DNA of 64,000 bases from Octopus vulgaris (lineage: Eukaryota). The DNA lies in assembly GCA_951406725.2 (NCBI GenBank), contig OX597832.1, positions 67,394,001 through 67,458,000 of the forward strand. The letters run 5' to 3'. Below the pieces are notes generated by a model, which worked only from the letters and a program-made list of their open reading frames with translations, was not told the origin of the DNA and made no database searches. A program made the translations under genes and the position numbers. Positions 48,064 to 62,074 of the stretch are shown here, piece after piece (within the stretch, counting starts at the first letter, position 1; every line of letters begins with the position of its first letter).

Positions 48064-48290
48064 GTAGGCATCGCTTCTCGATGAACGACCAACAGTGCAA
48101 GATATATATAAGGATTTTCAAGTAAATACAATTACTGATTTCAAAAATCCGTTCGACAGCAATAATAATTTTCTAAATGAGATATAGACAGTGACTGCTC
48201 CATAATATAAGGGATATTAGCCAACTGAAAATGGCTAGGGACAGGGCATATATTTATAAATACACACACACTCATATATATATATATATA

Positions 48291-48509
48291 TTTCTTTACT
48301 ACCCACAAGGGGCTAAACACAGAGGGGACAAACAAGGACACACAAGGGGATTAAGTCGATTACATCGACCCCAGTACTTAATTAACGACCCCGAAAGGAT
48401 GAAATGCAAAGTCGACCTCGGCGGAATTTGAAACCAGAACGTAACGGCAGACGAAATACCTCTAGGCATTTCGCCCGGTTTGCTACCGATTCTGCTAGCT
48501 CACCGCCTT
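48291..48509 (-). mobile_element. tRNA-derived SINE with Tx1-like 3' tail
   Basis: tttctttactacccacaaggggctaaacacagaggggacaaacaaggac, then the SINE core, then the head end gctagctcaccgcctt. Confidence 0.82.
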
Positions 48510-48512
48510 ACA

Positions 48513-48603
<91 letters not shown>

Positions 48604-50740
48604 TATCTATGGGTGGAGCTTAGTAACTTACGAGAATGTGATACACTTTTACGAAATTCCGGTAACCACCCGCTAGAATGTAAATCAGACCTTTTATTAC
48701 CGCGGTCAGTATAGGTCTAGTTTAGCGCAGTTACTCACTACACTTCGGATAATTACCACTTGTGCTTCTGTAAAGAAATTATTCCCTATTATGCATCGGT
48801 GAAAAACAAAATATCTTGAGCGTCATACGTTTACGAATGTCTTTATACAAGTTGAGATATAATGAATTGGCTTCTACTGGGAATAAATGAAAGCTGTAAC
48901 GGATTCCATCACAGAAAAGTGTATCTATTGGTACTACTGAAAATTTTATTAGAACGATATTAAATTATTTAATGTTCTTGAAGGAGTTCGCGTCTCAAAA
49001 TTACCATGTAATTTACTAATGCAATTACAGAAATAGTAAAACTCGAAGCAATGCTACAGTTAGGTGTTTGGCACGAAGAACAACAACATCAGTAAGATGA
49101 TAATGATGCTGATTGGTGCAACGAAAGAATTTTTATTCTGTCGGACACTATCCCTCAAAAAACACCTGTAAAAACACATTGGTTAATGCGTTCTTCGTTG
49201 CATCGTATCTAGATGTAAGGACGTAACCCTCACAACTGGCACAACTACCCCATAACTCTATACTCTTAGCGTAAAGATATATAACCTTCTTGCAAGTTAC
49301 ATTATTTTGTTGTTGATAATATATGAAAATATCGAAACGACTCTTACGTTTCTACATAAAAATATGACCTGCTAGAAATGGTAACCGAATCTCCAATATC
49401 ATTTTCTTCGATCATAATAAAGGGCGGGTTGGATAGATACTGCCCATGGTTACATGCATAGCGGTCCGAGATTAGAGGGATAGAGTCGAAATGACCTCTT
49501 TAACGTATATATGCAGAATTAGACTTAAGGGGTTAAACACCAATAACAGAAGGAAAAGTAAGAAGAACAACAACATCAATATTAAGAACAACAACAACAG
49601 CAGCAGCAACCGATTATCAACGCCTAAGCTGTGATCATTCTTAATGATCCTGACGATGTGAAACAAATGATACTAATTTCTATTGACAGAAGTGTTAGAT
49701 TAAGTGTCATTTACTTGACATAATAATATATTTCATTTCAAATATTCTATTAGAAATGTTGACAGAAAATTTAATTTTGTTTTGTCATTTCACTCGACTC
49801 CATTTGATTACATACCGCAGTTTTGCTTTAATGTGAGTTTAATGAGAAATCACTGTGTCGTTAAGTCACAGGGTTGCTACCACAAGCCATACAGCTAAAC
49901 AACGTGCCTCATTATAATCCCGAAACCAACCCTGGAGAACAGATAATCTTCCTCAAATAATATATTCACTTCGTAAACAACAAACAAAATGAGATGTTAT
50001 TGTCTCTATAGGCGCGGGCGTCGCTGCGTTGTAAGAAGTTTGCTTCCCAGCGGGATCAATTCCATTTCGTGACACCTTGAGCAAATGTTCTCTACAATAG
50101 AGTCGGGCCGAGCAAAGCCGTTTGAGTGGATGTTATAGACGGAAACTGAAAACTCGTCGTAAATATTTATATATGTATATGTGTGTGTGTGTGTGTGCGT
50201 GTGTGTGTGTGTATCACATCTTCACGTGACCGACTATGCTATCAGATGTTACTACGCATTGTTTTAGCCTTCAAATGACGCCACCCCGCTGGCTAAGCGA
50301 GCAGGCCACTGTGACGTCCTGTTTTTGTTGTTATTATTATTATCATTATTGTTTTTACGCATTTTTGTATTCTTATTCGTGTCGTCATTATTGTTTTTAC
50401 GTATTTTTGTATGTTTATTCGTGTAACATCGTCCGGTTTTCCGTCCTTTTTTGTATACATTCGAGGCCTTCTTCCAAGGAATCTAATGCGCTTGGCTTAG
50501 ATTTTCCTTTGGGGCTTGGCCAGATCAGAGCAATCTCAAGATTAATCAGCCGAAATTGCGATGATCCGGTTCGTGAAGATTGAAGGCTTCGAATGTCCCG
50601 TCCGCGTTTTTTGTGTCGTCTTCTAAATGTTTCACGTTCTTGTCCCAGTTTGTATTTTTTTACATTTACATATATATGTATATATATATAGTTTAGTAGC
50701 TGACCTTCTACCTCATATGTTCCTAAGAATTTAATGATCT

Positions 50741-51205
50741 TTCTACACTGTCCTAAATCTTTTGTCACCACATAAATTATTTGACCCTTTGTTCTTGAAT
50801 TCTTGACCTGCCCTTACCCCCATCTTACAATTATTGAAATGTTCTTACAGCAGTCAGTAGTGAACAAAGTTTTGGTCAGTTTGCATTCAAACTACACTAC
50901 CTCATGTTCCTAAGATTCATATCTACATCTTTATCTGTATATTTACCTTCCCTAAGATGTTATTAATTGATCTGAGAACTTTATATTATTGGAAAACCTA
51001 TATAAAATTAGCTGAAGATTACTCGGCGTCTTAAATCTGCTGTAATATTTACAGCTTATAATAAAATGTTGTAGTATAAAACAATTGTACTTTCTACACT
51101 GACCTAAATCTTTTGTCACCACATAAATAATTTGACCCTTTGTTCTTGAATTCTTGACCTGCCCTTACCCCCATCTTTACAATTATTGAAATTTTCTTAC
51201 AGCAG
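50741..51205. repeat. ~110-bp direct repeats 351 bp apart
   Basis: ttctacactg...ctaaatcttttgtcaccacataa...cccttacccccatc...ttcttacagcagt at 50741 and 51092. Confidence 0.85.
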
Positions 51206-51345
51206 TTCAAATTCCGCCGAGGTAGGCTTTGCTATTCGTCCTTTCGATGCCGATAAATTCAGTACCAGTTGCACACCGGGGTCGATCTAATCGACTGCTC
51301 CCCTACCCCAAAGTTTCGGGCCTTGTGTCTAGAGTAGAAAAGAAT
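51204..51345 (+). mobile_element. 5'-truncated tRNA-derived SINE
   Basis: gttcaaattccgccgagg...ggggtcgatctaatcgact...gggccttgtgtctagagtagaaaag. Confidence 0.75.
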
Positions 51346-51629
51346 ATAATTCTGTAGAAATCAGAGTTGAAGCCTGTACGTGATTGATATTAATATATGT
51401 CCTCTTCTTTTCTTTTAGCACTAAACATGATCGACTTCGAGTAGACGACGTGCAAAAGCGCTGCAACTGTGATCATGTCATATACTGTATTACATAATCT
51501 AATTTTATAGCAACTTGTAAAATAATCTATGTAAGGATTTATCAATAAAATCAATATTGTAACGGTGACTGGACCCAACAGGATGGTGACTGTTGGTCTT
51601 GTTTATTTAGCTTTTAGCTTTTACTTATT

Positions 51630-52050
51630 TCAGTCATTAGACTGCGGCCATACTGGAGCACCGCCTTGAATGAGTTTTAGAGGAATAAATCAGCCCCTGT
51701 AGATTTTTAAAGACGGGCACTTCTCCCATCAACCACTTGTACTGAACCGCTATGTTACGGGGACGCAAACACACCTCCGCCAATTGTGAAGTGGTGGCGA
51801 GGGACGTGCAGAGACACAAAGCAACATGCACACTCATACACACACACACACACACACAAACACACACAAGCACCCACAAAAAAAAAAGCAAACACACACA
51901 TACACATGCAACGAGATTAGTTTCCGTCTGCCAAATCCACATAGAACGCCTTGGCCGGCCCGCAATTATAGTAGATGATTCTTGCCAGGAAGAAGGATTC
52001 GATCTAGAAGTATGTGGTTGGGAAACAAATTTGTCACCGCACAGCCATGC
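51630..52050 (-). mobile_element. Diverged SINE of the 11928-12330 family
   Basis: gactgcggccatactggagcaccgcctt, gggacgcaaacac, gtttccgtctgccaaatccac and cacagcca match the reverse complement of 11928-12330. Confidence 0.7.
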
Positions 52051-53047
52051 CTTTCCGAAATATATCCTAAAATATAGGCTTTCGAAATTTGGATGATAGG
52101 CAAAAAGAAAAATAAACGGAAGGAAGAAATAACAGGCACACAGATTTGGTGATTTTTGAATATTTTCAGATTTCATCTGCAGTATTTAGTATCATTTTGC
52201 ATGGTGGCCGGTGGAAGATCTATATTTATTTATTTGACGCCTAATCGACAAGTTTGTCGTAGGTAGGAAATACTTGGATTTGGTAGTTGTTCTTCTTGTT
52301 ATACGCATGTGCACAGAAACACACACACGAACACACGCACACACATACACGCACACAAATACTCGCACACACATACACGCGAACACACACGCATACACAC
52401 ACACATACACAGACACATGCACATACATATAGTTTTTATATATCTATATATATAGAGACACATGCAGTTTATACGTGTGTAGGTGTATATATTATATAAC
52501 TATATTATGCATGTATGTTTGAATCTACGTGTGTATGTACATATGGGTATGTCCGTGTCTTTGTGTGTATGTACTTGTGTGTGTGTGTCGGTATATTTTG
52601 TTTATGTATGCGTGTGCGGTGCCTCTGTGATTTTGTGTGTGTCTGTGTAATTGTGTGTGTGTGTTTGTGTGCAGTGTGTTTAGGGAAATTTTATTTACAT
52701 TTCCATCTAGCAAATACATAAAGAAGACCTTCAAGCAAAACAACCGTATGTAATTCTCCCTTCCTGCAATAACATTTGAGTGTAATGTTGTACAATTGTT
52801 GAGTTCAAATGTTGCTGTCAAGAAGTGAGACACTTTTTAATAGTATGAAGCCCCCTTAACACCTAGCAATTCCTAACTCGCAAAAAGTGGCCCTTTTGTC
52901 TAGCTGCCAAGAAAGCTTGCTAACATAAACACGAGGAAGATAGACCTGAGAAAGACTGTACTATAATATGTTTGTCGGTATGTATATATGTATGTATGTA
53001 TACATGCATATATGTATGTATCTATCTATGCACACGTACACACACAC

Positions 53048-53134
<87 letters not shown>

Positions 53135-53189
53135 CATACATACATACATACATACATACATACATACATACATACATACACACACACAT

Positions 53190-53231
<42 letters not shown>

Positions 53232-55351
53232 TATATATTCAACCACGTGCTTTCACACACCAACTTTCTCACCTATATATAAAACACGTGAGACCGAAAA
53301 TGCCGCAGAAGACTAATACCTCGGATAAAACTACAAATGAAGACATACTTAAAGAACTTAAAAGTATTAATGCACAACTCATTACCTTAAATAACAAAAT
53401 CGAGGACTCAAATCTACTCGCCCGGGAAAGGAAAAACAGTGAAGACACAACTCGCTACACTGACTAGGTTAGTAATGATTTACAACTGTTATACACAACA
53501 CTAAATTCAATTTTCATTAACAAATCCGACAATAAACAACACACACCAAATGAAACACACCAGGACATACGCACTCAAATCAACCCAACAAAAAGAAAAA
53601 TAGGAAACATTTGGAATACAAACCTGCACAATAGAAAACTCGCCTTCTGGAACATGATAAAAGATTCCAACAAAGCAGATATATACGAGGGATGGATGAA
53701 CGCAACTTCAATTATCCTCCCACGCAAATTCCAGATAAAAATAATACCCAACGAACCTGACGGACAGAGAACTATTAGGGAATGGTCAGCTCTATCCAAT
53801 TTAAAATCAGAAATAGAACTACTAAAACTTAGGGCCTCCACAAATGAGAAAAAATATAAAAGCATCGACGAGGAGATGCACAATGAAATACAAAAACAAA
53901 CAGAGGGACAACCCCTCGAAAATACACTAAATCGTTGGAAGGAAACCTAGGAAAAAAGCAACGATTTCTTCCAAAGATATGCGTCAATTTTCAAAAATGA
54001 ATTGGGTACAGATAATCCCTTTCTTAAGAAAATTACAAAAAATAAAAAATAAAACCGAACAACCCACAAACCACCCCCAACTATCCTCCATACACTAGAA
54101 ACAGAATTCACCCACAACCAACATTTTCGAACCACGCAAGACTTAACAGGAAACAAGCTGACAGACAATGCGTCTATGAAATAGATTACACCAAAAACAG
54201 AACACACCAACAATATCCTAATACCAGACCCAACCACCACATAACAGCACAAAGCAACACCAGAATAAGAAATACACCACACACAAGTCGCTACTACCCC
54301 ATGAACCAAAATTACTGGTCCCCACCGAACACAAGACAAACGCAAAAAAACACTAAGTCAAGCAACATCCCACATACAAGCAATTCGAAACAAAAATATT
54401 TCACATACAGACATTTTACACACACCACAAACGAAAACAACCATAGATTCCCACACACACACAACAATCGGAGGCAACAATACCACCGTTCCCCCGATCC
54501 AATATCACACAACCTCACAGACAACTCATACAAACAAAATTACACCCAACATTTTTTAGCCCGGGACCAGAGACACCAGGACACAGGCTGGAACCTAGTA
54601 ATAAGGAAAAACCGAAGATAATCAACCTTTCAACCAAACCTCACTCTAACATAAAAATTGACATCCTCTCAAAAGGGCTCAAATTTACGCCAACTCCACG
54701 CAGAGCCAACCTAAATGAAATCAAGGATAATATAACAGAATTCTGCTGAAAATTAAGACTAGCAGAAGCATCAACCAGTTTCAATACTGAAGATGAATTA
54801 CTAGTCAAGAACAAAAGTGAACACATCCCCCACAAAGGAAGAAATAAAGATCTTGACGAATTCTGCAGCCACATTGAGAACTTTCCCTACCATGCTATAC
54901 ATAAACAGACAGTTAACTCATATTTTAACACTACACAGTGGAAGGAACTGATATAAGTTCAAAATGAAGATATAACCATTAAGGAAGCAGACAAAGGAAG
55001 TGCAGTTGTAATAATGGATACATCATACTATAGAAATCTTGTAATTTCCTTGCTTGATGACAATCAACATTATGAAAAAATCACCAACTACACTCCGCAA
55101 AAAATAATGAAAACTATCTTCACTAATTAAAACCCATGAAAAGGAACTAACAACCAAAGAGATTGACTTTCTAACAAACTTTAAAGGCAAGCCTCTTCTA
55201 TGGACTGCCAAAAATACATAAAAGCCAAATTATAAATGAAACCATTAAAAAATCACCAAAGACATACATACACACACCTAACTCGGGGGACCTAAAACTA
55301 CGACCCATTGTAGCTGGCCCAACCTGTGAAACACACATATTAAGTCTATTT

Positions 55352-55957
55352 ATGGACATCCTCCTGAAACCCTTCCTTAAACATATCGATAGCCATATCA
55401 CAGATGACTTGGATATGTTAAACCGCCTTCCAAAAAAAGTCAAGGAAGAAATAATCATGGTTTCATTTGATGTAGTTAATTTATATACCAGTATAGCTCA
55501 TAATTATGGATTAGAGGCAATACAGTTCTGGCTGGACCAATTTCCGGCAGAAATACCAAAAATGATCAGTAAAGAATTCATTACTAAATCGGTTGAATTC
55601 ATCCTACATAATAACCACTTCATGTTTGACAATACATTTTACTGTCAACAATCCGGAATTGCTATGAGTACAAGGGCAGCACCAGTCATTGCGAACCTAA
55701 CAATGGGCTACCTGGAAATAATTGTTTACCAGGAATCTTCATCAACCTTTGGAAACCCCCTCTCTCAATACATAAAAGAGAATTGGAAACGATTCCTGGA
55801 CGATTGTTTTATACTCTGGAATGAAAACACAGATAAACTCCTAAAATTCAAAAACCTATTGAACGGCATCAACCCAAATATACAGTTCACAACGGAATAC
55901 AACCAAAAGGAGCTTCCATTCTTAAATATACTAATTAAAAAATTAACCTTAAAATAG
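55352..55957 (+). pseudogene. PLE reverse-transcriptase core fragment
   Basis: SFDVVNLYT, SGIAMSTRAAPVIANL, WKRFLDDCF. Confidence 0.88.
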
Positions 55958-56394
55958 AAACATACATTTTTTTACAACGCCACAGACTCCAAACAATACC
56001 TACTATTTGATTCATGCCACCCAAGACACACTAAAACAGACATCCCTTTCAACCTTGCAAGAAGGATATGCACAATAGTGTCAGAACTAAATACCAGAAA
56101 CTTTAGACTACAAGAACTCAAAAACACCCTAATTGACAGACACTACCCAGCTCAACTCATAGAGGATGGGATCAGACGTGCAACAGAATTCAACACAACA
56201 ACACACCTTCCCCGAAAATACTGCCTTACATATCCACATACAACCCCATAAACAAAGAAGCCTTCACCATCATCACCCACAATTTACCAATACTTCATAA
56301 GGACCCCAAATTAAAGGAATTTCTAAACATACATAAAATCATTAAAAGCTACAAACAACCTAAATCACTTAAAAAGATTCTCACAAAGGCAAAA

Positions 56395-56856
56395 TTGCTT
56401 TCTGAAATTACGGTTGCAAAAGTAAAAAAATGTGGTAGACCAAATTGCGCAACATGCCCAAAACTTCTAGCAGGATCAGAATTCTTCTTCAAAGAGGGAC
56501 AAAAATTCAAGAGCAAATCTAATTTTACTTGTGCTTCTGAAAACATAATTTATGTCATAAGATGCTCGGGCTGCCACCAAAACTACGTGGGGTTCACGGG
56601 ACTATCACTCAGATGTAGATGCACACTGCATCGACAACAGATTGCATTCCTAGAATATAGAATGATACCCTTTAGTGAGCATATTGAGAAATGCGCAAAG
56701 CAACTACTACCACAATTTTTAATCTTTCCATTTTATCAATGTGCTATTGGAACACCAACACAAATTAGACTAAACAAGGAAACATTCTTCATTGAAAAAT
56801 ATAAGCCCAAACTTAACCACTCTAACATTCTTACACAGAGAAACTCACCCCATTAA
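56395..56856 (+). pseudogene. PLE GIY-YIG endonuclease fragment
   Basis: CGRPNCATC...FTCASENIIYVIRCSGCHQNYVGFTG...RCTLH...KETFFIEKYKPKLN. Confidence 0.88.
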
Positions 56857-57132
56857 GTAAAAGAGGCAACAAATATAAAGCGATTATCTCCCTTACACCG
56901 GAAGAAATCACTTATTACCTCCCCTTACCTGGAACACTTCTTTACACTTCATAACGAAATCATAACACGATGTTTTGAGAAATTTGAAAAGTTAACATGA
57001 AGCCGGTAATTTCTTCAAAAACTATGTCACTGTATGAAATAAATTTTATAATATTCTTCAGACATAATGGCTCAAATATATTTTTTAACCTTTTAAAACA
57101 AGCCATCTGTAGTTTTTTCACTTTTTACTATT

Positions 57133-57187
<55 letters not shown>

Positions 57188-57737
57188 AATACATACATAC
57201 ATACATACATACATAAATACATACATATATATGCTATCGGCATGTATTATTGCAAATGACGATCCAAAATATTCAGTTTAACAATATCACAACCTGAAAA
57301 GTAAATCGATTTGTATTACTACTGTCTGATTAAGTATGATATATGAATGTAATCCACGTGCGTGTTCCTGCTCCGCTTAGTCTATTCTTTTCGAACACAA
57401 ATGTAATATTTAATTAGAAATATTTTATACTATAAAGTTTGCAAGGCTACTGAGATGCGAAGTACTCTATGTTATAACGATGAAATTCTTGCTGTAACTT
57501 ACGGTATATATCTTATAATGATATACGTTTATAATCTAATACTTAATGCTTGTCAGTGTTTGCCTTTATGTACATTCATAAATTTCTAATTGTTTCATTA
57601 AGAATAAACAAATAATCAAGACAAATATATTTTTAAATTCATGACTCCAAAGCAAAAACAAAAAATAAGGATATACAAACATACCGTATGACTTCGTCTT
57701 TTACAACACGTAATGTTACAATAATAATAGTTATAAA

Positions 57738-57793
<56 letters not shown>

Positions 57794-57845
57794 TAATAAT
57801 GATAATAATAATAATAACAATAATAATAAGAAGAATAAGAATAAT

Positions 57846-57935
57846 ACACCGGGGAACGTTTAAAGGATACACCGGGGGACGTTTAAGAGGATACACCGGG
57901 GGACGTTTAAGGATACACCGGGGGACGTTTAAGAT
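57846..57935 (+). repeat. Four tandem copies of a 22-24-bp unit
   Basis: acaccggggg acgtttaa(g/a)ggat x4, immediately after (AAT)n. Confidence 0.9.
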
Positions 57936-60900
57936 TTAAGAACGATAAAACAGAGCTCCGAAGTCTAGCCACAAACATCGAAAACAAGGACATCGTATGG
58001 AGCCAAAGATTTACTAACAAAGGATTGGACTGTATCCGAGTAAGTAATACTCATTGAAATTTATTACTATTTTCGAAACGAAATGATGTATTTTGACTCG
58101 ATATCATCTCCACCTCTAACAAAACACATGTAAACATGCTTGATACATTACGATCCATCAACACCAGATCATCCCCGACCCCAAACACCATGTACAAAGG
58201 AACTACGAAGAAATTATATACCACCGATGTTATTCAACCCAAGAATAACAATCGGGAGGTACGGACTTTAAACTTACAGCACGAAATGTACGAAAAACTA
58301 CACGTGCAAAAAATGTGACAACAGAAATGAACGGACCGGTACCCTACGAAAATGACGACCGTCAAAATAATGGGCCGGACATTGTTCCTCATGTCCCGCA
58401 AATAAAACCCAAAAGACATAAATAGACACGTGAGGAATACATTTCTATCCTACACGCATACTTCACAGCAGTGCTCTACCCCAAAAAATGAAAACACAAC
58501 ACATACATATAAAATATGGAAGGAAAATAGCATAAATATAGACTTGGATACAGCAATGAACCCTAATAAACTAGCTAACGTACGAAGAAACATTCTCAAC
58601 GCAAAACAAATAGAAATAGAAATAAAACATCTAAAAGAAAAATTACAGCAGGAAAATGTAGATAGAAGCCACACAACAATGCCCAATAATATACACACTG
58701 AAACAGTAAATCACGAAGACAAACGTAACATTCCCAGCAAACACGATGTAAACAAAAACACCAAACCTAGCCAGTAAGGATGCATAATAATACACGACAA
58801 ACAGCAAGCCAAAACACGGCAAACAAACATATAAATAAGAAAGAAAGCGACACAAACCTAAGACCTGGAAACAACGAAGGGGAGCCTAATGATTATGATA
58901 ATATAAAAAGTAAAATAATCAAAGAACTGAAAACCACAGAGCTCAAAATGGACCACCGACCATACCTCCCAAAAATCAAAATAGACGAAACAACACCAAT
59001 TATAAACAGCATAAACCTAGCCGTCACGGAACTAATAGCCACTGAAACAAAAAGCGATATCACTGAGCTAAATAACTTAGTGCCACTGCAGCCACAAAAG
59101 AAGCTGGATACTCACTCAAACCCATCCAAACAGGAGTACCACCACCCAAACAAACCCTGTGGATAAATAACATCCAAAACGAAATACAAAAAATGAGAAA
59201 AGATCTGTCGATTCTTAATGAAATCAGTAGACAATCAACGCTACTGAGCAACAAAAAGAAAACAAAAATACTCCGCAAATATAACATCACAGAAAAAGAT
59301 TTACCCGAGATAAAATAAAAGCTGAAGCAAGATGTCCTTGCCAAAGCACAAAGGACCCGCCGGTACGAGAAACGCCAGCGCTTCTTTGAACAAAACAAAA
59401 GTTCAACTCCAACCCCAAAAAGTTCTATCAAGAACTTGGCAAAAATAAGATAGAAATTACTGCAGCACCAACGGCAGAAGAAGTGGAAGAATTCTGGATA
59501 GAAATATGGTCAGCGAATGAACAACCAAAAAAAAGGAGTATTAAAACAACAAACTCAGCATCTGAGCAACTTTGGACCCCCATAACGACTGAAGAGGTCA
59601 CCCAGGCACTGAAAAGACTAAGCAACTGGAAGGCACCTGGGCATGACAAGATCCCCAACTTCTGGTTGAAATATCTAACAGGAATGCATAAAAAGCTGGC
59701 TGAAAACTTTAACAACATACTAGCAGAGCAAAAGACAATAGCTGAATGGCTCACGAAGGGGAAAAACCATCTTAATTCCCAAATCAAATGAGACAGCAAA
59801 ACCAGAAAACTACAGACCAATAACCTGTCTCCCAACAATGTACAAGGCATTTACTGCAGTGATATCGCAAAGGTTGAACAAGCACCTGGACGAAAACAAC
59901 TTGTTTCCAGAAGAGCAGAAAGGATGCCGCAAAGGCTAATATAGTTGTAAAGATCAACTAATGATTAATAAAGCCATAACTGAAGACAGCCACAGAAAGA
60001 AGAAAGGCCTCAGTATTGCCTGGATCGACTACAGAAAGGCGTTTGATAGCATCCCCCACACATGGATCCTCGAAACACTAGCCATTAACAAAGTAGCACC
60101 AACAATTATAAAATTCATAGAGCACTCTATGAATAAATGGCAAACAGTGATACAGCTCCAAATAAAAGAGAGACTCGTGAAAACCAAAGCCATCCCCATT
60201 AGAAGAGGAATATTCCAGGGAGACACGCTCTCTCCATTCCTTTTCTGCTTGGCACTGTCACCTCTATCTGATATGCTAAATAGAACTGGATGCGGATATA
60301 AATGTTACGGCAAAACGATCAGCCACCTTTTATATATGGATGACCTAAAACTATACGCTGCAAATGACAAACAGCTGGAAACACTATTAAAGGCAGTTCA
60401 TGGATTTACCAAAGAAAGAGATATGAAATTTGGATTTAAAAAGTGCGCCAAAGTAACCCTGAAAAGAGGAAAACTAGTTAAGAGTAGCAACATCACAGTA
60501 GATAAAACCAATGAAATAAAAGAACTAGACCAAAGCCAAACTTACAAATACTTAGGAATCCATGAACTAGATAAGACACAACACACACAAATGAAAGAGA
60601 AAATAAAAAAGAATATTATAGACGAGTTAGATCAATACTAAAAACAGAGCTCAATGCTAAAAACAAGATAATAGTTATTAACACTTTAGCTGTCCCAGTT
60701 ATAAGTTACAGCTACAATATCCTTAACTGGACACTGAATGAACTGACCAAAATAGATAGGAAAACAAGAAAAATAATGACAGGATCTAGGTTGCATCACC
60801 CAAAATCTGACATAGAAAGGCTATATATACAATGTATAGATGGTGGTAGAGGCCTTATACAGCTGGAAAACTACTATAAAATAACCACCATAGGACTGCA

Positions 60901-61997
60901 AAAATATCTACTTCAGAAGGAAGGAAAACTGATACAAATAGCGGCAAAACACGAGCAAAACAAAAAACTGTTCTCAGTATTTAAGGAAGCTGACAAATAC
61001 AAACAAGAAATCATACCACCTAATAAATATGAAGAAGAAGAAGAAGAAGAAGAAGAAGAAGAAGAAACAACAAAAGCTATAAAACAACTGAAATCCAAAC
61101 AAAAAATAAAACAGCGACGAACCATGATAAAACGATGGCAAGAAAAGCCCGTGCGTGGTAAATACTGGACTAAACTTAACGCAAAATAAATAGACAAAGA
61201 AAAATCCCAGCAATGGTTGAGAAGCTCAGGACTCAAAGCAGAGACAGAGGGATTTTTAATTGCAGCACAAGACCAAAGCCTCCCTACCAGAAATTACAAA
61301 AAAAATATGTAATGAAAAGAAATATAACAAGTAACTGCAGAATATGTGGAGATGGACAAGAAACAATAAATCATATTATCTCTGGCTGCCCAGTCCTGGC
61401 TAAGAAGGAATATATTCACAGACATGACAGAGTTGGAACCTACATACACTGGAAGCTATGCCAACATTATGGAATAACAACAGAAAAAAGATGGTATAGG
61501 CGCACACCAGAAAAGGTCACAGAAAACGAGAAAGCAACCATACTCTGGGATATGCCGATACACACAGATAGAGAAATTAAGGCCAACAGACCAGATATAG
61601 TTGTCAGAGATCATGAAGAAAAAAAATGGTTTCTAATTGATGTATCAATACCGGCAGATGACAAAGTGTCTCTGAAAGGAATGGAGAAACTTTCAAAATA
61701 CAATGACCTGGAAATAGAGGTAACCAGAATGCGGAATCTAAAAAGAGAAACAATTCCTATCATAGTAGGTGCATTAGGCATGATAAAAAATATTCAGACA
61801 AATACATAACAAAAACACCAGGACTTACAAACACATATAACATACAGAAAATTGCACTACTAGGCACTGCACACATCCTACGCAGAACACCTTCCATACA
61901 ATAACCATCAGAGCATCACAACAAATCACAGCACATACCTAAGGCACACAGAGCTGCGCTCGGTTGTGAAGTGAAAGCACGCTATAAAATAAAACTA

Positions 61998-62000
<3 letters not shown>
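57846..62000 (+). mobile_element. Near full-length, decayed R4/Dong retrotransposon (RT + CCHC + RLE) between (AAT)n tracts
   Basis: N-terminal TREEYISILHAYF...KIWKE...KLANVRRNI; NWKAPGHD; RPITCLP; EEQKGC; AWIDYRKAFDSIPH; RGIFQGDTLSP; YMDDLKLY; YKYLG; CRICGDGQETINHIISGC; RHD; NRPDIVVRD. Ends at (AAT)n at 62001. The 5' boundary is inferred. Confidence 0.9.

Positions 62001-62073
<73 letters not shown>

Positions 62074-62074
<1 letters not shown>

Larger units (their letters stand above)
47447..48248 (-). mobile_element. Tandem array (2.25 x 355-356 bp) of a hammerhead-containing retrozyme-like repeat
   Basis: Units start at 47447, 47802 and 48158 and are near-identical, with one hammerhead per full unit. 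Flanked by TA/CA microsatellite. Confidence 0.85.
53240..57135 (+). mobile_element. Decayed Penelope-like element (Neptune-like): RT + Cys-rich linker + GIY-YIG endonuclease, between (TA)n tracts
   Basis: IKEADKGSAVVIMD, YGLPKIHK, LRPIVAG, SFDVVNLYTSI, QQSGIAMST, RFLDDCF, LPFLNI. CGRPNCATC linker; NIIYVIRCSGCHQNYVGFTG (GIY-YIG). Many stops and frameshifts. Confidence 0.9.

Noticed and set aside
47439-48121. Repeated 80-108-aa ORFs in the 355-bp tandem
   Set aside because: Non-ATG starts, frames differ between units after an indel, and no homology; the RNA-structure explanation fits better.
56990-57035. Possible hammerhead in the PLE 3' region (catgaagccgg...aaaactatgtc)
   Set aside because: Core and stems are too degenerate to draw.
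57846-57935. CRISPR-like array
   Set aside because: Repeats are contiguous with no unique spacers, there are no cas genes, and the context is eukaryotic.
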